DNA from: Octopus bimaculoides
Lineage: Eukaryota
Direction: 5' to 3'
DNA: 64,000 nt
Assembly: GCF_001194135.2 (NCBI RefSeq)
Contig: NC_068986.1
Coordinates: 11,189,259-11,253,258, forward strand
In this document: piece by piece, positions 26,128 to 39,454 of the stretch
How the letters are laid out: each line of letters starts with the position of its first letter
Position numbering within the stretch: position 1 is the stretch's first letter
Program-made: the position numbers and the translations under genes
The notes under the pieces: model-generated
What the model was told of the DNA's origin: nothing
Databases searched by the model: none
The model's input: only the letters and a program-made list of their open reading frames with translations

Positions 26128-27200
26128 CTCACATGGCTTGCAGGGTCTTCTCTCGCACAGCATATTTCCAAAGGTCTCGGTCAGAAGTCATTTCCTCGGT
26201 GAGGCCCAATGTTCAGAGGTCGTGCTTCACCACTTTATCCCAGGTCTTCCTGGGTCTGCTTCTTCCACGGGTTCCCTCAACCGCTAGGGTGTGGCATTTT
26301 TTCACACAGCTATCCTCATCCATTCTCGCCACATGTCCATACCAGCGCAATCGTCTCTCTTGCACACCACACCTGATGCTTCTTAGGTCCAACTTTTCTC
26401 TGAAGATACTTACACTCTGTCGGGTATGCACACTGACATTACTCATCCAGCAGAGCATACTGGCTTCATTCCTCGCAAGATTACGCATGTCCTCATCAGT
26501 CACGGCCCATGTTTCACTGCCATGTAGCATGGCAGTTCGTACACAAGCGTCATACAGTCTGCCTTTTACTCTGAGTGAGAGGCCCTTTGTCGCCAGCAGA
26601 GGTAAGAGCTCTCTGAACTTTGCCCAGGCTATTCTCATTCTAGCAGATACCCTTTCAGTGCACCCTCCCCAACTACTAACTTTGTCACTNNNNNNNNNNC
26701 TCCCTGGAATGTGACAGAAGTTGTTTTCTGCACATTTTCAGTGTTTGTTGTACCTGAACATCTGCCACATACAAAAACTAACTTCCTAGTTAACCTGCCT
26801 TTGATATTGCTGCACCTCTTGTGTCCATAGCTTGCACTGGGTACATCTTATAGAGTTACTACCTACTCCTTTTCTACAGATCGAGCAGGGCCATCTACCT
26901 GAAGGGGATTGTGTTTTGTCTACCTTCCTACTTATTAGGACCTTGGTTTTAGCTAGGTTGACTCTAAGGCCATTTGATTCTAGTTCTTGCTTCCACACCT
27001 GAAACTTCTCCTCTAGTTCTGATAGTGACTCAGCAATTAGTGCAAGGTCATCAGCATAGAGGAGCTCCCAGAGGCATCCTGTCTTGAATTCCTCCGTTAT
27101 TGCCTGGAGGACTATGATAAATAGGAGGGGGCTGAGGACAGAACCTTGGTGGACCCTACCTCTACCCGGAATTCTTCACTGTACTCATTGCCAACCTTCA
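26128..27200 (-). mobile_element. RTE/RTEX-like LINE fragment, RT C-terminal half with embedded PHD-like finger; pseudogenised
   Basis: HQGSVLSPLLF (~27115-27151), LYADD (~27047-27061), CSIC/CTQC/KRC/CGRC cysteine cluster, RLRWYGHV and RPRKTW. Contains frameshifts, a premature stop and a 10-N gap. Confidence 0.92.
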
Positions 27201-27326
27201 TATGCACTCACACACAAACTCACAAACACACACACACATAAATACACACACACATGCACTCTCTCTCACACTCACACAGAAAGTCAGAAACACACACACA
27301 CACACTCACAAACACACAGATACACG

Positions 27327-27373
<47 letters not shown>

Positions 27374-28719
27374 TTAATAAGTGAATCCAACTTCAATGTT
27401 GTTTTTACGACAGATTCTTGGAAGTTTGGCAAATGGTACCAGTGTCTTAATGTAGCTAAACTTTTGTTTTTTTGTTTCCAGTTACCACTATGGTTGGCTT
27501 ATGCACATTGTGTGTTCACTGCTGAAACATTTATAAGGAATGGTGAAACCTCCACTACTCCTGTCTTTGTAACTTAAAAAAGATTATTTTTGAAAATTAC
27601 TTTTAAGGATCAGTGATTAAGATTTAATAAAAGTGAATCCAACGGGTTTAGTCCCATTGCGTGGCACCATGGACAAGTGTCTTTTACAATAGCACTGGGC
27701 CGACCAAAGCTTTGGGAGTGGATTTGGTAGACAGAAACTGAAGGAAGCCCTTCATGTGTGTGTGTGTGTGTGTTTTGCAGCCTTAGCAGTGCTCTACCAT
27801 CCAATTTAGATTCTCATTCTCAAACCTTGAGAGTATGCCCTGGCGCATAACTATCATCTTTCCCGCTCTCTTGTTCTCTCTCATTCTTGAGCACTCTCTC
27901 ATTCTTGAGCACTCTCTCCCTCCCTCTCTCCCTCTGATTGAGGTAACCATGTTTGTCCTCTACAGCTTCTATCCCTCTCTCATATTCTGATCTCTCATTG
28001 TCTGGCACAAATCCACCTCCTCGAGTATGGCCCACTTTAAAAGGATCTTTGTCTTGCAAGTTATTTGGTGACCTTGCCAGTGCTGGTGCCATGTGAAAAG
28101 CACCGGGCCCACACTGCAAAGTGGTTGGCATTCGGAAGAGCATTCAGCTGTAAAAACCATACCAAAACAGCCCTCGACAGTGCAGGTGCCATGTAAAAAG
28201 CACCCAATACACTTTGTAAAGTGGTTTTCATTAAGAAGGGCATCGAGCAATAAAAACTGACAAAGGAGAACAACATGCCAAAATAGATAATGGAAGCTTG
28301 GTGTAGCTCTCTGGCTTGCCAGCTGTGGTCAAGCCATCCACTTCATGCCAGCATCATAACCCATCACTGTTTGACAAGTGTTGGTTTGTTTACATGTCTG
28401 TGACTTAACATTTTGGCATAAGTGATTGATAGAAGTACCAGACTTAACAAAAAAAAAGAAGAAAAAGTACAGGGGTGAGTTTGTTTGATTAAACTGTTCA
28501 AGGTGGTGCTCCAGCATGGCTGCAGTTCTCAAAGAAGTAAAAGATAAAAGATTATATTAATTTTTACAATTTTTTTACAATCCCTTCTTTTCCATTCCCC
28601 GTTTATAAAACTTGTTATAAATTTTCCTCTTTAACTTTTTTGAAATATTTTTTTCTGAATTTTATGTTTGAAACTTAAGAGCTTACAACAATAACATAAA
28701 AAAAAACATAAAATAAAGT

Positions 28720-29070
28720 AGCTTGCTTACCAACTACTTGGTTCTGGGTTCAGTCCCCCTGCGTGTCACCTTGGGCAAGTGTCTTCTACTATAGCCTTGG
28801 GCCGACCAAAGCCTTGTGAGTGGATTTGGTAGATGGAAACTGAAAGAAGCCTGTTGTATGTGTGTGTCTGAGCTTGTTCCCCCCAACATCGCTTGACAAC
28901 CGATGCTGGTGTGTTTACATCCCCGTAACTTAGCGATTCGGCAAAACAGACTGATAGAATAAGTACTAGGCTTACAAAGAATAAGTCCTGGGGTCGATAT
29001 GCTCGACTAAAGGCGGTGCTCCAGCATGGCCACAGTCAAATGACTGAAACAAGTAAAAGAGTAAAAGAGT
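28720..29070 (+). mobile_element. SINE family A, near full length
   Basis: tRNA-like head, CORE-like caccttgggcaagtgtctt, internal (TG)n, tail gtaaaagagtaaaagag. Confidence 0.9.
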
Positions 29071-29134
29071 ATTATGAAACTCCACTGTCTTTGGAATATT
29101 TTGCATTTAATGTGTCCTGTTGTTAGTTTTACAT

Positions 29135-29445
29135 GTCTTTTATCTTTTTTAGACTGCGGCCATGCTGGAGCACCGCTTTGAAGAATGAGTAGACTACATT
29201 ACCGTTTATTAAAGCCAGGTACTTATTTTATTGGTCTCTCTTGTCAAACTTCTAAGTTATGGGGACGTAAACACACCAACACCGGTTGTCAAGTGGTGGT
29301 GGAAGATAAACGCAGAAGTAAAGACACATACATACATAGAGCTTTTTTCAGTTTCCGTCTACCAAATCCACTTGTCCAAGGAGCCACACAGTAGGACTGA
29401 ACCTGGAACCATGTGGTTGAGACAGAAGCTTATAACCATAGGGCC
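29135..29445 (-). mobile_element. SINE family A
   Basis: Inverted copy, tail-to-tail with the 28720 copy. Confidence 0.8.
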
Positions 29446-29580
29446 ATGTCTGTGCCATAAAATGTATATATAAAGAATAAGAATATCAAGAATTTCAGTT
29501 GTATATTGACTTAATTATTTGTAAGCTAATGTTTAAATATATCTTGTAAATTAAGATTGAAAGTCACATGTCATTTTAAA

Positions 29581-29895
29581 GTGAGGGAGAGGAGGCAGAG
29601 GGAGGAGAGAGGAAGAGAGAGGGAGGAAACTGGGAAGGACAGGGAGGGAGGGAGAGAGAGAGAGAGAGAAGAATAGAGAGAAGGAGGAGAGAGTGAAGGG
29701 AGGACAGAATGGAGAGAGGGGGGAAAGGGAGTGGGGGAGGAAAGGGGAAAGAGAGCAGGAAGGAGGGAGAAATAGGAAAGGAGGGGAATAAAGAGAGGGA
29801 GGAGACAGTGAAGGTAGGACAGAGTTGAAAGGGGGGGTGGAGAGGGAGAGAGGAGAAGAGAGAAGTAGAGAGAAAGGTAGAGAGAGAATTGAAAA
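29581..29895 (+). repeat. Purine-rich (GA) tract with a G-quadruplex motif
   Basis: Almost pure A/G, with four G-runs of at least 3 at 29718-29747. Confidence 0.85.
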
Positions 29896-30419
29896 GAATG
29901 ACGATCCCAATTCTATTGGATGACTTTATAGCTTAAAACGAATGAAACTAAAATTTTCATTTCTAAGAATTATTCCTTTCAATAGACCCAAATTCCATTT
30001 TCTGTTTTGTGTCCTTTTCTGTTCGTTTTTTTCCCCCCTTTTTCTGGATGTCTCCGTCTCTTTCTATGCCTCTCTTTGTTAATATTAGCAAACTGCTCTG
30101 CTATCTCTTAACACTCGTCTTGCCCTTTCTTCACAGACACACAATTGAGACTAGTTTGGTGCTGTAGTAACAAATCAACTACTAAAACAAATTGTCCCTA
30201 GATCGAATCCTCCTCTAGCAATAAAAATAAGATACACGTTTTCCTTTACAATTTTCTCTCACCCCTTTCTTGGCCTGGCATCCCTACTTTTACATTTCTT
30301 GCCTTGACAGCTCTCTCTCTCTTATATACCTATATAGACATTTTTACAAACAACGTTTTTCTAACAGACACTTTCTCCATGTAAATCCCTTTACTTCTCT
30401 CTCTTTTTATTAATCTCCA

Positions 30420-30422
30420 TCC

Positions 30423-30472
<50 letters not shown>

Positions 30473-30473
30473 G

Positions 30474-30553
<80 letters not shown>

Positions 30554-30917
30554 GTTATCTATCTATCTATCTGTCTATTTTCAATCTCCTATACTTCCAT
30601 CTTGCTTTGTCTTTCTCCCCCGTCGCCTCTCTCTGTGCCATTATCTCTCTATCGTATATATTTCTGTTATGTGCTTTCGTTTCCATAATCCAATCCATCT
30701 CTTTCTCGTCGACTCCCTTCCTCTCTCTCATTGAACTGCTTCCTCTCTCTCTCTCTCTCTCTTTAATATCATTCTTCCAGACGTTTATATCAAGTTTTCT
30801 AATTTGTTCCTCCCTTCACTCTCCCATTCTTTCACTACTCATCTTTTAACTCTTTCTCTCATTCTTTCCTCTCCTCTTTTTTTGATTATTAGTATTCTCT
30901 TTCTCTATTTCCCCACG

Positions 30918-30948
<31 letters not shown>

Positions 30949-30954
30949 GCCTGC

Positions 30955-31015
<61 letters not shown>
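30420..31015 (+). repeat. (ATCT)n tetranucleotide arrays in pyrimidine-rich sequence
   Basis: Long (ATCT)n at ~30420-30570 and ~30920-31015; another at ~32800-32960. Confidence 0.95.
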
Positions 31016-31876
31016 CTTACATATTTATATCTATTCATTTACCCATCACCATATCTCTGTCTCTCTTCTGTGACTCAAATCCCTTTACTTCTCTATTTCC
31101 TTTTCTATATTGTGGGTTCACCCTTCCCTTTCTCCACCTGTTTTCTCTCTATGTATATATGTATATATATTTATTTCGTTAACTCTCCCGCTCTGTGATC
31201 AAGGGCAGAGAACTTTTACACACGCACACAAATAGAGATAGAGAGGTAGATAGATAGATAGATAGATCGTATTTCCCTTCTATACTAAACTCTTTCTCAA
31301 CTGTCCAGCAATTACCAGGTAACTTTATAAAAACAAACCATTTCTTACATATCTGCACAAATATCCTCAACAATATGTCTATATATATTTTATATTACTC
31401 TCAGCTTTAGCTCTCCCTCACTCTACATAGCTATCTATCTTAATATATATATGGGAGAATATACAAATAATAACAACAGACGAGGACAGGTGGTGTAAAT
31501 AACAAAAGTATATATTAAGACACACATATCTATCTATCTATCTATCTATCTATATATATATATATATATATAGATATCATTTCTGAGCCATTGAACGACG
31601 GACAGAGGGGAGACTATCTCTTCTCTCCAGATGGCGCTCGCTCTTGTTCCCTCCCTCTTTACCTCTGCCTTTCTTTGTCGTCCTCTCTCTCTAGCTGGCG
31701 CTCTCCCTTTCTCCCTCTCTTTTCTCCCTCCTTCCTTTTTCTTCTCCCTCTCTATCACGTTTCCCTCCTCACTCACTTCCTATCTCCCTTTATCTCTCCC
31801 TCTCTCTGTTTGTCTCTCTTTCTCTCTCTCTTTGCCTCTCTCTTTCTACCATTGAACTCTTTTATTCGTCTTGCAG

Positions 31877-31996
31877 CAACATTTCCAGTTCGCCCTTCAC
31901 GGAAGGGACTGAACGACGAAGAAGAATAAAGGAAAATATATCCTCATAATACATCCGTAATCAAAACAAACACGAAGACCCGAGCGAGAAAGGAAG
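31877..31996 (+). other. Candidate non-coding (5' UTR) exon, possibly of the ZNF gene
   Basis: Long CT tract ending in ttgcag, donor AAG|gtgaga at 31997, stops in all three frames, ETS-like ACGGAAG at 31899. Confidence 0.4.
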
Positions 31997-32257
31997 GTGA
32001 GACCCAAGCACCAAATACAATGTGAGATACAATAACATACCATGTTCAAACAGTTTCTTTTTCTGTCATTGCTTGGTCATGTAAAACAGACACGAGTCGA
32101 AAACCTTTACCAACATTAGTAGACAGTCTATGCACACACACACACATATATATATGTACACACACACACACATATATATGTGACAGCAATGTATTGTATA
32201 TAATGTATGTTATGTATATATATTGTACGTTGTAATGTGGTTCATGTGTGATATGCA

Positions 32258-32297
<40 letters not shown>

Positions 32298-32466
32298 TGA
32301 TGAATGTGTCTATTGTATGTTTGCTGTGATCTCGTACATATGTCTGTTGTATATATTTGTATGTTGTGTATATTGTATATATGTTGTATATATATATATA
32401 TGTATACGTATATCTGTATATATCCATACACATGTGTGCGTGTATATATATATATAGGTGATCTAT

Positions 32467-32499
<33 letters not shown>

Positions 32500-32893
32500 C
32501 ATACATATACACACATCATGATTTTGTCATTTGTATAATAATTTCAACCAAGCTTTGCCGGTGAATCCAGGGAGACGGACTTGGGACACAAGTTGCCATA
32601 ACGTTTAGAAACATTGTACTGACAAATATATATAATCACCATGTTGATTATGATTATTATTATATTTTAATTACACTGGGAAATTGTTATATCCCATAAA
32701 AACACGGCCAAGCCTAATGTTTATAATGTATTTTGAAATCCGGCAAAACACTGATCGTTGGTCTTTCAACTGCACCTAATTTTTCTCTTCATAAATACAT
32801 ACATATCTATCTATCTATCTATCCATCAATTTATCTATCCATCTATCTATCTATCTAACTAACTATCTATCTGTCTGTCTGTCTATATATCTG

Positions 32894-32958
<65 letters not shown>

Positions 32959-34799
32959 ATAATACACACAACCACATACTTACATACAATCTTGTTTTTG
33001 TTATTTATATGTATTTTTTAGATATCAGGATCAGTTTTTAATTTCTGTTGGGAGAAAAAATTGAGGTCGAATTGTCATAACATTTAGCTTCGTCCTGGAA
33101 TCGAAACCGGGTCGCGGTCTCGTTTCAGTTTAAATCCACTCGTATCAGTCTTGTAAATTTCGTTCCCTTGTTTTACATTTGAAGTCTTGTTACTTTTACT
33201 TTCACAGTAAAATCTATTTAGTAAACAGTAATAATAGTAATAATAATAATAATAATTTGTTTTATCACCGTCAGGGCGACTTTGGAAGGGACAATGCGAG
33301 GATAGGTTAGAAAAGTGTGTGTGTGGGGTCTTAAACAGGAATCGCATGAATGAAACCAGGAATGATAGAATGTACAGCATAGGAATGTAGTGTGATAGCG
33401 GCCCTTGAGAAAAAGACCACCTAGGGTTAAATAGCAAACTCTGCAGATCTAGGATTTACCCGATCGATGATGAGTACCTTCCTTTCACAGGAGACAATCC
33501 TAGTGGCCTGAAGCTAATTTTGTGGAGATGGCCACCACTGGGTAACGGAACCAGAACTATTGAAGTGTTAAATGACTTCGAAGTCTGAGACAGGCGGCAT
33601 ATACAGGAAACAATTATTCCAACAAGAATACACACACATCCGTGTGTATGTATGGGTATATATAAATATATATATATATATTATATATAGCGTGGGTATG
33701 TATTCTACACCTCCGCCCTTTATAATTTGTAAATAGAAAATTCTGATAAATTAATATGGTGGATATTAGAATAGATATCCTCCAGATGTCATTAGAAAAT
33801 ACATTAATTAATAAGTTATAGACGTAGGGGGAAATATACACACAGACACACACACACACACACAAGCTTGTCCCGTCATCGTCAGTATGGAGAAACCGTT
33901 TCACATTCCATGAACGTCGCCTTTTTCCCTTCCTGGAGAAACTTTTGTTTTTATATTTTTGTTCCTTACCAATTCTTCGTTCTGTCACTCTGTATTCAAT
34001 ATGTGTTCTACGGAGCGTGTGCACTAAAGTGTCACTTGTCAAAAAACACTATCTTTGTTTTCATCTGTAAAACCCAAGAAACCATTTATTAACTTCTAGG
34101 AACATCTTTCGTTGTAATTTGCTGCAAATTACCAATATCCTTCTCGCTTCTTTGATATCAAAATCTCCTTCCTGTTTTGTTTGAAAATTTCATTGTCGTT
34201 TGATCTGTCGACTAAATCCGTTCTTTAAATGTCAAAATTGTTGTTTATAAGATTATAGTCTTTTCCGAAATATTAACTCGATCGTCCAGAATTTAATTTA
34301 ATTAACTCTTCAGTTTATTAGTAATAAATGGAAAAAAAAACAAACAAACAAAATAAACAATATGCTAAGTATTAGAATATCGATTGTGGAATGTTTTAAA
34401 TATAGGTGTGTTACTAACACATTTCAGGACATTTTAATGTTAAATTAACTCTTTTTCTGCCCCAAGTATTTTCATAAGTTTGTCCTAAACGTCTTTGCTT
34501 GCTTTCAGGCTTTTAGTTACTCCTTGTTTCATACGCTCTGAGTGATATAAAGCTTTCCTTTCCTAAGTCTCTAAGTTATTCTGGTGGTTAAAAATTGGGA
34601 ATGAGTACTATACACGAGTGATGGAAACCAGGGTTCCTTGCACCAAATGAATTTGATTAGTTTTTAAATGTAAAATTCAATTCAGTATGTTCAATTTATA
34701 TTTACTATAAAGGTCCTCATGTCATATGAAGTTTGCACATTCAGAAAGACTTCCTTGTGTAGCAATTTGTGTGTCTGTATTATGTATGCATAGTATTTA

Positions 34800-35162
34800 A
34801 TTAATTTATTTGGTCAAGAGTCTTGCTTTGCGACCTTGTGGTTTTAAGTAGAGTTCCACTGTGTAAGACTTTGAACAAGTGTCTCCCTCTCCTACAACCC
34901 TGGGCTGGTCAATGCCTTCTGAGTAAATTCGGTGGACAGAAACTGTGTTGAAGCCCATTGAATATATGTGTGTGTGTGTTTGTGTTTATCTCCTCTCATT
35001 ATTTGACAACTAGTGTTAGTTTGTTTACATCCCAGTAACTTAGTAGTTCGGCAAAATAGACCGATAAAATAAGCACTGGGCTTGATTCGTTTTACTAAAA
35101 CCTTCAGGGCAGTGCCCCAGCATGGCCACAGTCCAATGGCTGAAACGAATAAAAGATAAAAG
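34800..35162 (+). mobile_element. SINE family A (diverged)
   Basis: Same motif order as the other A copies. Confidence 0.75.
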
Positions 35163-36544
35163 GTAGTCAATTGAGTTATCCCTCGACCTTGTTTGATTCC
35201 TATTTTATAAACCACAAAGCAAATTCCATGTTTGTGGGATTTGAACCCTGATGTTCTGCCAACTGTACCACCCACTACCACACTGTTAATGTTCATTTAC
35301 GGTGCTCTAATACTTTACTAGTTGTTTACGAATCCAACAGAATAACTAGCAAGGTCAGTTTCGGCATCATTTTTTGAACTCAAGGCCAAAGGGATGTAAC
35401 TAAATACCTAAAATCACTAGACTTTCTCTCACTCCTTCCCTCTCTTATAAAATATATTAGGCAGATTGTTCAAACAACTCTTGTAGAGTCGTTTTTCAAT
35501 CTACACTTTATCATCATTGGTTTTTTCAAAAGATATTTATAGAAATTTTTATTTGGGATTTTATGCAGAGGCATTTTAGGCTTAGCTGTGTTTTTTCTAG
35601 TCAACTTGTCTCACTCACAAAAGGAATCAAGCTTATTTTTTGCCTCATGTTGCCACCAATAAATTAGTCTTCAAATATTTGGTCTTTTCTGATATAAGTT
35701 GCAAAAGAAAATGGCTGCCATCATCATCATAATGTCCACTTTTCCATGTTTGCACAAGTTGGATGGAATTTATTGAGGCAGATTTTCTATAAATGGATGC
35801 TTTTCCTGTTGCCAACCTTTGCCTCATGGCCAAGCATGGTCTTTACAGAATATTGGCAATGGATGACACCACTTGTATGATGGCGACACTTGTTTACAAC
35901 TATCATATGCTGTCAAAATAAAGAGACATAAACATACACACACACACGTTATATGAAGGGCTTCTTTCATTTTCTTTTGACCAAATCCACTCTCAAGGCT
36001 TTGCTCAGCCTGGGGCTTATGTAAAAGACATTTTCCCCCAAGGTGCCACACAGCGGGACTGAACCCACAACCATATGGTTTGTAAGCAAACTTCTTACTA
36101 CACAGTCGCACCTGCATCTGCTTGATAGCAATATGATAACAAATAGCATTGGTCCTTGATAGAGTCCTATTTGTTTGAGGTTCAATATAAACTTAGGAAA
36201 GTAACTCATTGATACATTGGTGAATTATCACCATTATCATCTCTTCGTTTTTTGCCCCAAGGGTTGAACAAGTCTGCTCTGTAACATTCTCTACCTTTAC
36301 AACTGATCCTTGTGAGGATGGCCATTTTGAGTTCTTACCTCACCCACTTCTTCCAATGGCTTCCTTGAAATGTTTTCCCTCAGCCATCAGTGTCTTGTAC
36401 ATTGGTAATTCTTTGCCCAACAAGTATCGACCAATTGTACAACGTTCACTCTAATTCAGTCATCATTTCTGCTTGCCCATCATTTGATTTCTTTTGCACT
36501 CGGCCATTTTCTCAACTCCTTCGTGTACAGATATAAACTGAGCA

Positions 36545-36812
36545 GAAACAGGAATAAAATAAAAATAACGAGAATATTAAAAATGAACTTGACTGCTCTC
36601 AAAAATTAAGTAAAAAAACAGGAAAAATAATCCAGAATCCTTGTCTGGTACCGGATCAATCCCAAAATCTAATCAGTTCATGCCAGTCATGAAGCCAAAC
36701 ATCTCTGAAAGTTTCATCCGAATCCGTCCAGCGATTCTTGAGATATTTTGTCCATGGACAAACAAACACAACTGAAAACAATGCCTCTGCCTTTGCTAAG
36801 GTGGAGGTAATC
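36545..36812 (+). mobile_element. Helentron/HINE-like non-autonomous element
   Basis: cccaaaatctaatcagttc...(caaa)n... ending in a terminal hairpin (cctctgcctt-tgct-aaggtggagg). Homologous to 59555-59735. Confidence 0.55.
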
Positions 36813-37918
36813 ATCTCATAACTAGTGAAATTGATAGGTTATTAACTAAGGAATCGATCTACTCTGGTTCTGACATTCAGTTTTTGCTAGTCTGTATCTG
36901 CTTGATTGTAAAATAGGTAACTTGTGAAGAATTCTTAACAACTGCAAGCAGCAGGTGTGGTTATGTGGTTAGGAAGCTTACTTGCTAGCCATTTGGTTTT
37001 GGGTTCTGACCCAAAGAAATAAAAATCTCCTGTCTGAATGTTAACGAGGGACATTAAATACAAAACCTAAACAATCAACGGTCCCTTGCAATTTTGTTTA
37101 GATTTGATTCTCATCAAAGTGATACTGAAGACCTAATCATTTAGTAAATTCGTTAGTCCATATGTTTTGTTAGCTTCTCCATACTGGCGGGAGTTGAATG
37201 AAGACTTGTCAAGGCAGTATATTCTGGCTGGATGCTCCTCCTGTCACAAATAGTGCAGAGTCACACAGTGTATTATTTATAAAGAGTGTTAACAGGTCAT
37301 CACCATTTTGCACAGACAATGCCATGCAAAAATATTTGGAATGTAAATATTCATATACATACACACATATATTTGTTTTGTAGTTTCAGCTCAGAGATGT
37401 TGCACTGCTATTTTGCTACACTGTTATTACTGAGAGCCTCCTCTAATAGGTGGCACTCTCATTTGCACCTCTTGCTGTGAGGTAGGTTCATCTGGGACTC
37501 TCGACAGGAAGAGGTCCAGTTTTGATTTGAAAACACCAACATCAATTTGAGAACCTGTAGTAGAAGATGCTTGCCCAAGATACTATGCAATGGGATAGAG
37601 CCTGAAACCATGTGGTTACAGGACAAACTTCATATCCACACAACCACAACTGCACTTATTTTAAATAAATTTTTGGTATATGGAAACTGTGTGGAAGTCT
37701 GTATGAGGAATGATTCCTGTTTTTGGGTGCTAGACTTGATTGACCCTTTGCCAGGATGAATACCACCCCCTGGTCCTTGGGTGCTTTTGGTAGTTTCTGT
37801 CCAATTTCAAGAATTTGGAACAGGTCTCTGGCCTCAGGACAACTGCTTAGCTTCCACCCAGATAACCCTAAACTTAAGCTACTTTGAAATTAATACTATT
37901 TTGTCTTTTCATTTGTAG

Positions 37919-38075
37919 ATTCTTGCCTAAATTGATACGCAACTGTCTGAGAAGTTACCATTTAAGTAATTCAGTGCAAGGCTACAGTTTTGTTGTTTTC
38001 ACAAAATCCTTCCTATATTAATGTTGTAGATGGACCAACTTGACTTCTGAGAGCAGTGTCTCTAGAATGTTCTTG
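37919..38075 (+). other. Candidate 5' UTR exon of the ZNF gene
   Basis: Acceptors at 37917-37918 (ttttgtcttttcatttgtag) and 38028-38029, donor TTG|gtaagt at 38076. Lies 1.3 kb upstream of candidate acceptors at 39383-39384 and 39439-39440. Confidence 0.4.
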
Positions 38076-39454
38076 GTAAGTGTAAAAACAATAACTTGAT
38101 CAAGTTTCATATTCCAGTCAGGTAGGTTTGAGACCAAAACATTTAACCTTCAATGAGTCAGTTTATTTAGGTGTGAATAGCTAACCCATAGTGAAATAGT
38201 TCCTTGTAACCAGACTGATTGCTGTTTGATGGATTTTGAGCTTATAGTTTCAAGTTCAATTCCTTCTGTGTTTATAACTTGGAGAAGAACAGACTCTGTC
38301 ATTAGACTTACCCTAGCTATACTGAATAATTAATCTCAGCATCACTTGTATACAATGACACACACACAGTTATAGAGTCTGCTGACATCACCACTGCTTC
38401 TAGAAGCAGTTTAGGATTTTGCATTTCTTGCTATTTTCTGTGGTTTGTGTTTAATTCATTTCTACCTCGATTATCAAAAGATATCTTTGTGGTCACTATG
38501 ATGTTAAGAAACTAGAACGCCATTCATCATTGAATGTCCGTGTTCCATGCAGGCATGGGTTGGATGGTTTGACAGGACCTGATGGGCCCAAGGACTGCGT
38601 CGTCATGCTCCAGTTGTTTGATTTTGGCAAACACTAGGTGCTTGTGCTAGTTTTGTGCCACAAGCACTAGTGAGGTCTCCATGTGCAGCTTGCAAGACCA
38701 CAGACCTTGAGAGAGGTCGTTTTATGCTAGGGTACAAGGAGTTAAAATTTGAGAGAAGGGGCCAGAACAGAACAAGTCTCTGGCTGTAGAGGAGGTACAT
38801 GATTATTCACATGTAAGAAGAGAGGGTGGTGGGGTTGTCCAAGGTGGACCTGGCAAAAGAAGGGCTTGAGGTGTTCTTCATACTGATATTGTTTGAGTGA
38901 ACAGCCATCCACAGATCTCAGTTCTGTGTCAGTTTGCCATTTTTGGGTTCTGCTGATCTACTTGGGAATGACAGTGTTTCCAGCAATATGGTTTTTCAGA
39001 ACTGTCTCTCCTTCCTATCATTAACTACAGGTTCCTTGGTTCAGTGACACCATTTCCAGACAAGTTAAATTGAGTCAGACGACATTTATTTAAGGCCTAG
39101 AGAAATTGAATAGGCATTGTTGTCAGAGATGGTAGCATTAACCAACCCAAGACCTCTGTAGCATTTCACTGAGGCTCAACACAAGGATTTAGTTAAAAAG
39201 AAAAAAAATCATAACATTTTGTTTGCTTTAATAAGTAAATGTTTTTGTTGTTTATTTTGCAAAACGTAATTTTGTTGTTTATTTCTCTCTCTCTCTCTCT
39301 ATCTACATAGATTTGAAATTTTAAGTTTTTATTTTTCTCTTCATATGTGCAATACTTAATTTTTGAAACTAATTTATTTTGAAGGGAGAAAGAAGACTGG
39401 CTGTGAAAAGAAGCAGCTGTATTCAAGTGTGTTGTGTTAGAAATCTTTGCACCG

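Noticed and set aside
33085-33125. tRNA B-box-like GGTTTCGATTCC on the minus strand
   Set aside because: The T-stem pairs poorly and there is no D arm or acceptor stem. No complete tRNA gene was found in the window.
39434-39454. N-terminal extension of the ZNF from the ORF track (MLEIFAP)
   Set aside because: It starts at GTG, and an in-frame stop lies at about 39404, so ATG 39455 is the parsimonious start.
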